Origin: Candidatus Omnitrophota bacterium
Lineage (GTDB): Bacteria > Omnitrophota > Gorgyraeia > Zapsychrales > JBAZNR01
Length of the DNA stretch: 64,000 bases
Assembly: GCA_041649175.1 (NCBI GenBank)
Contig: JBAZNR010000001.1
Coordinates: forward strand, 655,497 to 719,496
Reading direction: 5' to 3'
The notes beneath the pieces are model-generated. The model saw nothing but the letters and a program-made list of their open reading frames with translations, did not search any database and was not told where the DNA came from. A program made the position numbers and the translations under genes. This document shows positions 51,261 to 58,531 of the stretch, piece by piece; position 1 is the stretch's first letter; each line of letters opens with the position of its first letter.

Positions 51261-52451
51261 ATGGCTCAAGGTAGTATTGTAAAACGATGTAAGGTTTGCC
51301 GACGGGAAGGCAGGAATCAATTTGAGGCCTGCGCTCACGCTGAGCGGGTCTATGCCATTTCTTACCGCGTTGGCAGTAAATCGATTTTTAAAACCGTCGG
51401 TCCCAACAAAAAAGAAGCCGAAGCGGTCCTTGCCAAGACGCTTTCTGAGGTCAATAACGGAACGTTCTATCAAGCAGAGGAAATTTCGCTAAACGACTTT
51501 GTCGACAAATGGCTCGATGAATACGCCGCGCCCCGGATCAAAGCCAATACGCTTTACAAATATAAAAATGCCCTTCAAACGCACGTGCGTCCAGCTTTGG
51601 GCCATCACTATCTTTCCAAAATAAATCAGAACGATATCCGGGCGCTTATGTCGAAGCTGATTAAAATAAAATCAGCCAAGACGTGTAACAACCTTTTGAC
51701 GATGTTAAAGACGATCTTTAAATACGCCCGCCGTTGGGGCTATATTCGGATCAGTCCGACCGAGGATGTTGATAAATATCGTGTTGAACGGGAAGAAATG
51801 GATTTCTTGCGTCCGGAGGAGATAACGTTGTTACTCAAGCATTGCCGCGAACCGTTTAAAACATTTGTGTTAACCGCCGTCTTGACCGGCATGCGTAAGG
51901 CTGAGCTTTTAGGATTGCAGTGGGGTGACATCGATTGGAACAGTAGCACGATCTTTGTCAAAAGAAGTTTGAAATATCGGTATGAAAGTAAAATTAACGG
52001 CGAGAAGAGTTGGTATTTCGACACGCCTAAAACGAAATATTCTGTTCGGCCAATATCGATGTCACCGCGGCTCAAGGAAGCTTTGGAGATTCACCGTATT
52101 ACCGCACCCATCAATGAATCTGATTTAATTTTCGTAAATAGCGCAGGCAGTCCGTTAGATCCGGATAATACGATCAAAAGAGAATTTCAACCCGCACTTC
52201 GAATGGCCGGTCTACGCATCGTTCGCTTCCACGACTTACGTCACACCTACACATCCCTTCTCATCGCCCAAGGGGAGAACATCAAATTCATCCAATCCCA
52301 ACTCGGCCATGCCTCAATCCAAACCACCATGGATCGTTACGGTCATATCCTGCCGAATACCAACAAAGGAGTTGGGGAACGGTTGGATCGATTGGTGTTT
52401 GGAGAGGTTCCCCAGGCACCCATATCCCAAACATCTTCGGTCATTGAATAA
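51261..52451 (+). CDS. int: tyrosine-type site-specific integrase
   Basis: 396 aa. C-terminal catalytic residues in HDLRHTYTSLL...LGH...TMDRYGHI (R, H-x-x-R, Y). Phage-integrase N-terminal arm-binding region. Confidence 0.9.
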   Translation: MAQGSIVKRCKVCRREGRNQFEACAHAERVYAISYRVGSKSIFKTVGPNKKEAEAVLAKTLSEVNNGTFYQAEEISLNDFVDKWLDEYAAPRIKANTLYKYKNALQTHVRPALGHHYLSKINQNDIRALMSKLIKIKSAKTCNNLLTMLKTIFKYARRWGYIRISPTEDVDKYRVEREEMDFLRPEEITLLLKHCREPFKTFVLTAVLTGMRKAELLGLQWGDIDWNSSTIFVKRSLKYRYESKINGEKSWYFDTPKTKYSVRPISMSPRLKEALEIHRITAPINESDLIFVNSAGSPLDPDNTIKREFQPALRMAGLRIVRFHDLRHTYTSLLIAQGENIKFIQSQLGHASIQTTMDRYGHILPNTNKGVGERLDRLVFGEVPQAPISQTSSVIE

Positions 52452-52504
52452 ATACAATGTTCTATATTATGGAACAGTTGTCTTATTTTTTGGGACGGAC
52501 AACT

Positions 52505-52545
52505 CGATTGACCAACGGGCCATTTTGTGCTATAAGGTGCTATAC
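52505..52545 (+). promoter_or_regulatory. promoter with tandem GTGCTATA operator-like direct repeat upstream of the HTH gene
   Basis: TTGACC, a 17-nt spacer, then TATAAG. GTGCTATAAG GTGCTATACT direct repeat overlapping the -10. Confidence 0.4.
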
Positions 52546-52586
52546 TCCTAATCGTGAAAAAATAAACATTTCAAGGAGTTCTATCT

Positions 52587-52772
52587 ATGGAAATTGTTAA
52601 GAAATTAGAGTTGTATCGTTTAGAAAACAAAATCACCCAAGAGGAACTAGCAGAGGAGCTGGGTGTGGCCTTTTCCACCGTCAACCGCTGGTTTAACAGC
52701 AGGACAGTTCCCAGTCAGATCCAGCAGTATCATATTGAAAAATATTTGAATAAAAAGGTTCGAAGAAAATAA
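52587..52772 (+). CDS. XRE-family helix-turn-helix transcriptional regulator
   Basis: 61 aa. ITQEELAEELGVAFSTVNRWFN: classic Cro/C1-type HTH. Confidence 0.75.
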   Translation: MEIVKKLELYRLENKITQEELAEELGVAFSTVNRWFNSRTVPSQIQQYHIEKYLNKKVRRK

Positions 52773-52926
52773 AAGTATTGCAGGTTTTTATTTATAGGAT
52801 AGCCAGAGTCACAGCTAGAGTGACAGCCAGAGTCCAGTACCAGTTCAGTACTAGAGCAGTACTAGTGTAAAAATTGATCAGCACCGACCCAGTTGGGACT
52901 AAGTCCCGTGAAGAAGTGAAGAAAAC

Positions 52927-53631
52927 GTGATGATAGAAAAGAGAAAATCAAAAGGTATTGTAAGTTGGCCGGAAGACGACAGGCCCAGAGAGAAGTTGCT
53001 TAAAAAGGGCGCGGGCGCTTTGAGCAATTCAGAACTTTTGGCCATTTTGTTGCGTACCGGAACAAACGGTACCAGCGCCATTGATCTTGCTCGGAATGTG
53101 TTGAAGAAATTTGGTACGTTTCGGGAGATGGCGCACACGGACACCCGAGACTGGAAAGAATTCAAAGGTTTAGGCGGCGCTAAGATTGCCCACATTCAGG
53201 CCGCGCTTGAGATCGGGAGGCGCTATCAACAGGATGTTGTGTCCACCGGGAAGCAGAAGATCGCTTCCGCCAAAGACGTTGTTGCTTTAGTCCTGCCCCA
53301 CATGCGCGACCTTAAGACCGAGGTCTTTAAGGTCGTCTATCTCGATAATAATAATCGAATCATTGATATTTCCGATGCCGCGATAGGAACGGTAGACCAT
53401 GCCTTTCCCATCATCCGCGAAATAATCCATTCTGCTTTACAAAAATTCGCCAAGTCGATTGTTTGTGTGCATAACCATCCAAGCGGTGAAACTGCGCCAA
53501 GCATGCAGGATAAGAAATTTACCAAAGATTTATGCGATGCCGCGCGCCTCATGGAAATCAAGGTGCTGGATCATGTCATTATCGCTGGTGATAAACATTT
53601 TAGTTTTGCTGATGAAGGGCTTATATGCTGA
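52927..53631 (+). CDS. radC: RadC-like JAB-domain protein
   Basis: RPREKLLKKGAGALSNSELLAILLRTG N-terminal HhH-like segment. JAMM motif HNHPSG-E. 7-nt overlap with the downstream SNF2 gene. Confidence 0.85.
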   Translation: MMIEKRKSKGIVSWPEDDRPREKLLKKGAGALSNSELLAILLRTGTNGTSAIDLARNVLKKFGTFREMAHTDTRDWKEFKGLGGAKIAHIQAALEIGRRYQQDVVSTGKQKIASAKDVVALVLPHMRDLKTEVFKVVYLDNNNRIIDISDAAIGTVDHAFPIIREIIHSALQKFAKSIVCVHNHPSGETAPSMQDKKFTKDLCDAARLMEIKVLDHVIIAGDKHFSFADEGLIC

Positions 53632-56507
53632 CAGATTATCACGCCAAATATTTTGCATATGAGCTCACTAAACGATGCGCTTCAGACAGTTTAGAGAAAT
53701 TATCCGCAACCCTTTCTAATGCCCAAGTTGATTTAAATCCCCATCAAATTGAAGCCGCGCTTTTTGCTTTTCGATCACCGCTTTCCAAAGGCGCGATTCT
53801 CGCCGATGAAGTTGGTCTTGGTAAAACAATTGAGGCAGGCATTGTTATTTCCCAGAAGTGGGCGGAGCGGCAGAGAAAAATTCTTATTATTGTTCCAGCG
53901 AATTTAAGAAAACAATGGAACGAAGAGTTGTTAGATAAATTTTTCATACCTTCGATTATTCTCGAGAAAAAATCATTTAACGAAGAAATAAAAAAAGGAA
54001 ATCTGAATCCTTTGAATCAGAAGGATTTAGTTGTTATTTGTTCTTACCATTTTGCCAGATCCAAAGACGTTTATATCAAACAAGCTGGTTTTGATTTAGT
54101 AATTATTGATGAAGCTCATCGCCTACGGAATGTTTACAAAGAGTCAAATAAGATTGCCAATGCGATTAAGAACTCATTAAAAGATTTCCCCAAAATACTT
54201 TTAACAGCTACTCCGCTTCAAAATTCACTTATTGAACTTTACGGACTAGTCAGTGTTGTTGACGAACAAGTTTTTGGTGATTTGGAAAGCTTTAAAGCTC
54301 AATACTGCCACAGTGATCCCCCAAATTATGCGGAATTAAAAGAACGGATTAAACCTGTTTGTCTCCGAACACTAAGAAGGCAGGTTTTGGAATATATCAA
54401 ATATACCAACCGCATGGCGATCACTCAGGAGTTTTATCCCCGCCAAGAAGAGCAAGACCTCTACAACTTGGTCACTGAATACCTTCAACGGGATAGGCTT
54501 TATGCACTTCCAAAAGCTCAAAGGCACTTGATGACGCTGATTTTAAGAAAACTTTTAGCATCGTCCACATATGCCATTGCTGGAACATTGCTGGGGTTAG
54601 CTCGTAAACTGGAATTTTTACTTAAAAATCAAGACAAGCCGGAAGTGGTTGAAGATGTTTTATCTCAAGATTATGAGGCGTATGAGGAAACAAAGGATGA
54701 GTGGATTGATGATGAAGAAGGCGACGGGGAGGAAAAAGATGAGCCGCCGCAAACAAAATTAACTGCGGAAGATGTTGAGAATATAAATGAGGAAATTGAT
54801 TTATTGAAGCAAATGCATGAATTGGCAAAGTCTATCGTTAAGAACTCCAAAGGAGAGGTTTTGTTGACTGCCCTTCAGAAAGGATTTGAGGAAGCTCAAA
54901 AAAAGGGCGCATTGAAGAAAGCGATTATCTTTACTGAATCCACTCGTACGCAGAGTTATATTCTTGAAATTTTAAATCAAACGGAATACGCAAACAGAAT
55001 TGTACTTTTTAATGGAAATAACAATAGTCCACAGGCTAGAGAGATTCTTAAAAAGTGGGTTGAGAAAAATAAAGACACAGATCGAATCACAGATTCTTCG
55101 ACGGCCAATATGAGAGCAGCGTTGGTTGATTTTTTCCGCAATGAAGCCGTGATTATGATTGCAACCGAAGCCGCGGCTGAGGGCATTAATCTTCAGTTTT
55201 GTTCTTTGATTGTTAATTATGATCTCCCTTGGAATCCGCAACGCATTGAACAACGTATAGGTCGGTGTCATCGTTATGGTCAAAAACATGATGTGGTGGT
55301 TGTTAATTTTTTGAATAAAAAGAATGCTGCGGATGTCAGGGTCTATGAATTGCTTGAGAAGAAGTTTCAGCTTTTTAGCGGGGTGTTTGGGGCTAGTGAT
55401 GAAATCTTGGGAGCATTGGAATCTGGGGTGGATTTTGAGCGCCGCATCGCACAAATTTATCAAAATTGCCGTACTGAGGAGCAGATTCAAATCTCATTCG
55501 ACCAGCTACAAAAAGATTTAGAAGAAAACATCTCAGAGAAAATCACCCAAACAAAACAGCGCCTTCTGGAAAGTTTTGACGAAGAAGTGGCCGAGAAATT
55601 GAAAATGAATTCTATTCAGAGTAAAGAATATTTGGGCAAGTATGAGGCTTGGTTGTGGGACTTAACGCGGTATTTTCTTGAGCCCTATGCCCGATTTGAT
55701 CAGGGGGATCACTCCTTCACTTTAGTTAAAAACCCATTTCCTACAGAAAGCATTGACCCCGGTCCTTACAGGATTGGAAAACATATTGATGATGCGCATA
55801 TTTATAGAGTAGGACACCCGTTAGCCCAAAAAGTCATTAGCCAGTTTAAGAGTAAAAATCTATCAACGGTGGAAGTGCAGTTTGACTACGAGAAATCCGG
55901 AAAGAAAATTTCAATATTGGAAGGCTTGGTTAACCGGACGGGGTGGCTTTCCGTCTATAACTTCACTATTCAGTCTTTTGAAGAAGAAGATCATGTTGTT
56001 TTATGCGGTTTAACTGAGGATGGTCAAGAGCTTAACGCGGATCAATGCCGAAGGCTTTTTTCACTTCCCGGAAGCGTTATGAATGAGACGGTGCTGGCAG
56101 AAAATACAAAAATTAGAATCAAGGAGATCATTGGCAAACGGCAGGCCATGATTTTAGATGCCAATATGCAGCGTAATTCCGGCTTCTTCGATAAAGAAAT
56201 CGATAAGTTAGACAAGTGGGCTGAAGACAAGCGCAATTCGCTGAAATTATCTTTAAAAGACTTAGACGATGAGATTAAAGAACTCAAAAAGACGGCAAAA
56301 CAGGCCCAGAGCCTGCCTGATAAATTAGCCGCACAGAAAAAGGTTAAGGCGCTGGAGAAGAAGCGTGACGAAGCTTGGCGAGAATACGATGTCACTGGCC
56401 GCAAAGTTGAAGAGGACAAAGATAATCTTATTGAATCAATTGAAAAAAAGCTTACTGCCAAAGAAACGTTGGCAGAAGTTTTTACCATACGCTGGAAAGT
56501 TGTTTGA
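53625..56507 (+). CDS. SNF2-family helicase with uncharacterised about 400-aa coiled-coil C-terminal extension
   Basis: Motif I ILADEVGLGKTIEAG. Motif II VIIDEAHRLRN. Motif III LLLTATPLQNSLIELYGL. Motif VI QRIGRCHRYGQ. C-terminal 560-960 has no recognisable domain but a K/E-rich coiled coil. Confidence 0.85.
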   Translation: MLTDYHAKYFAYELTKRCASDSLEKLSATLSNAQVDLNPHQIEAALFAFRSPLSKGAILADEVGLGKTIEAGIVISQKWAERQRKILIIVPANLRKQWNEELLDKFFIPSIILEKKSFNEEIKKGNLNPLNQKDLVVICSYHFARSKDVYIKQAGFDLVIIDEAHRLRNVYKESNKIANAIKNSLKDFPKILLTATPLQNSLIELYGLVSVVDEQVFGDLESFKAQYCHSDPPNYAELKERIKPVCLRTLRRQVLEYIKYTNRMAITQEFYPRQEEQDLYNLVTEYLQRDRLYALPKAQRHLMTLILRKLLASSTYAIAGTLLGLARKLEFLLKNQDKPEVVEDVLSQDYEAYEETKDEWIDDEEGDGEEKDEPPQTKLTAEDVENINEEIDLLKQMHELAKSIVKNSKGEVLLTALQKGFEEAQKKGALKKAIIFTESTRTQSYILEILNQTEYANRIVLFNGNNNSPQAREILKKWVEKNKDTDRITDSSTANMRAALVDFFRNEAVIMIATEAAAEGINLQFCSLIVNYDLPWNPQRIEQRIGRCHRYGQKHDVVVVNFLNKKNAADVRVYELLEKKFQLFSGVFGASDEILGALESGVDFERRIAQIYQNCRTEEQIQISFDQLQKDLEENISEKITQTKQRLLESFDEEVAEKLKMNSIQSKEYLGKYEAWLWDLTRYFLEPYARFDQGDHSFTLVKNPFPTESIDPGPYRIGKHIDDAHIYRVGHPLAQKVISQFKSKNLSTVEVQFDYEKSGKKISILEGLVNRTGWLSVYNFTIQSFEEEDHVVLCGLTEDGQELNADQCRRLFSLPGSVMNETVLAENTKIRIKEIIGKRQAMILDANMQRNSGFFDKEIDKLDKWAEDKRNSLKLSLKDLDDEIKELKKTAKQAQSLPDKLAAQKKVKALEKKRDEAWREYDVTGRKVEEDKDNLIESIEKKLTAKETLAEVFTIRWKVV

Positions 56508-56525
56508 TTTTAATTAAAGGAGACC

Positions 56526-58529
56526 ATGATGGGTGAACCAAAGAAAATGGATTTACGCTCGATGGATATGACCGAAGAGCATAAAGCAAAATTGAAGCAG
56601 ATTTTTCCGCATGTGTTTAATGAGGACAAGATTGATTTTGAACGCCTTAAGCAAACGCTAGGTGAAGATATTGACGCTGGATTGGAACGTTTCGGCTTAA
56701 CCTGGCCGGGGAAAGCCGAATGCATGAAGATCATTCAACAGCCAAGCATTGGTACCTTAAAACCCTGTAAGGAAGAATCCGTAAACTTTGACACAACTGA
56801 GAATCTTTTTATTGAGGGTGATAATCTGGAAGTTTTGAAGCTTTTGCAAAAGTCATATTATGGTAAGGTCAAAATGATCTACATCGACCCACCTTATAAC
56901 ACGGGTAGGGAATTTATTTATCCTGATAAATATTCTGAGACCTTGGAAACCTATTTGGCTTATACCGGTCAGGTTGATGAAGAAGGGAAAAAATTTTCGA
57001 CAAATACAGAGGCCGATGGGCGGTTTCATTCAAAATGGATAAATATGATGTATCCACGTCTCTTCCTTGCGAGAAATTTATTGAAAGACGATGGGGTGAT
57101 TTTTATTAGTATTGATGATAATGAAGCAAATAATTTGAGAAAAATATGCGATGAGATTTTTGGAGAAGAGAATTTTCGTGGAGAAATAATAAGGGCGACG
57201 GGTACAACAACCGGGCAAGACGGGAGAAAAATCGGGAGTTCTTATGATCTCTGTTTATGCTATTCCAAAAGTCAAGCTTATAAGCTTATAGGGTTGCCTT
57301 TGGTCGGTAAAGATTTGAATAGATTTAACAATGATGACAATAATGGTAAGGGGAAGTACGCATTATTGCAATTAAGGAAGACTGGCAATGCTGACAGAAA
57401 AGAGGATAGGGAGAAGATGTTTTATCCGATAGTAGCACCGGATGGCACCAAGGTGTTCCCTGTTGGCCCATCTGATTATTTGAGTCGCTGGAGAGTGGGG
57501 CCTAAAACTTACGACGAATTCTTAAAAAACGATCTTGTTGTATGGAAGAAATCCAGCGATGAAGAAAATGATGAAGATGATGAGCTTGATGATCAAATAG
57601 AAGATGTTGAGCAAGAAGAATCGATCGAGGCGACAGAGAACATTGATATATCTGGATATAAATCTGATTGGAGGCCTTATGTAAAATATTATCTGTCAGG
57701 AAGAACAAAACAAGTGTCTAATTTGTGGACAGATATCGACGGGAATAAAAAGGGTAGTTTAGAATTAAAAGAAATATTCAGTAAGAAGAAAGTTTTTGAT
57801 AACCCAAAGCCGACGGATTTTATCAGTAGACTAATCCGAATTAGTTGTGAAAAATCTGATATTGCGCTCGATTTCTTTGCGGGGAGTAGTACTACCGCCC
57901 ATGCGATACTTGAACTGAACAAACAAGACAACGGTAACCGTAAATTTATCCTCATTCAGCTTCCCGAATCTTGCACGGAAAAGAGTGAAGCTTTTAAAGC
58001 CGGATATAAAACTATTGCCGATATTGGTAAAGAGCGTATTCGTCGAGTTATTAAAAAAATTCAAGATGAAACCAAGGATGAATTAGATTTTCAGAATAAT
58101 AAAATGGACTTGGGTTTTAAGGTCTTTAAGCTTGATCAATCCAATTTCAAGATTTGGGACGGCGCAGTTGAGCAAACTTCGGATGGAAAAAAGATTGAGA
58201 AACAGCTAATGTTGCAAATTGAGCATATTAATCCAAAGGCTACTGAAGACGATGTTTTGTATGAATTGTTACTTAAATCCGGGTTCCCACTAACGACGAA
58301 AGTTGGATCTTTACAATTAGCTGGTAAGAAAGTTTATTCGATTGAGGGTGGTGCGTTATTGGTTTGTTTGGATAAAGCATTAACCAAGGAAGTCATAACA
58401 GAAATGGCCCGCAAAGAGCCAGCCCGCGTTATTTGCCTTGATGCTGGCTTTAGTGGGAACGATCAATTGAAAACAAATGCGGTTCAAATTATGAAGTCGC
58501 ATAAAGTGGAAGATTTTAGGACAGTTTAA
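56526..58529 (+). CDS. mod: Type III restriction-modification Mod subunit (N6-adenine DNA methyltransferase, beta class)
   Basis: Motif IV IYIDPPYNTG precedes motif I ALDFFAGSSTTAHA (permuted order typical of Type III Mod). Mod-like N-terminus LKQIFPHVFNEDKIDFERLKQ. AGGAG RBS. Confidence 0.85.
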   Translation: MMGEPKKMDLRSMDMTEEHKAKLKQIFPHVFNEDKIDFERLKQTLGEDIDAGLERFGLTWPGKAECMKIIQQPSIGTLKPCKEESVNFDTTENLFIEGDNLEVLKLLQKSYYGKVKMIYIDPPYNTGREFIYPDKYSETLETYLAYTGQVDEEGKKFSTNTEADGRFHSKWINMMYPRLFLARNLLKDDGVIFISIDDNEANNLRKICDEIFGEENFRGEIIRATGTTTGQDGRKIGSSYDLCLCYSKSQAYKLIGLPLVGKDLNRFNNDDNNGKGKYALLQLRKTGNADRKEDREKMFYPIVAPDGTKVFPVGPSDYLSRWRVGPKTYDEFLKNDLVVWKKSSDEENDEDDELDDQIEDVEQEESIEATENIDISGYKSDWRPYVKYYLSGRTKQVSNLWTDIDGNKKGSLELKEIFSKKKVFDNPKPTDFISRLIRISCEKSDIALDFFAGSSTTAHAILELNKQDNGNRKFILIQLPESCTEKSEAFKAGYKTIADIGKERIRRVIKKIQDETKDELDFQNNKMDLGFKVFKLDQSNFKIWDGAVEQTSDGKKIEKQLMLQIEHINPKATEDDVLYELLLKSGFPLTTKVGSLQLAGKKVYSIEGGALLVCLDKALTKEVITEMARKEPARVICLDAGFSGNDQLKTNAVQIMKSHKVEDFRTV

Positions 58530-58531
58530 AA

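Noticed and set aside
54972-55490. 172-aa minus-strand ORF inside the SNF2 gene
   Set aside because: Overlaps conserved helicase motifs on the other strand. No RBS or motifs.
56042-56488. 148-aa minus-strand Ser-rich ORF at the SNF2 3' end
   Set aside because: Low-complexity shadow of the K/E-rich coiled-coil coding region.
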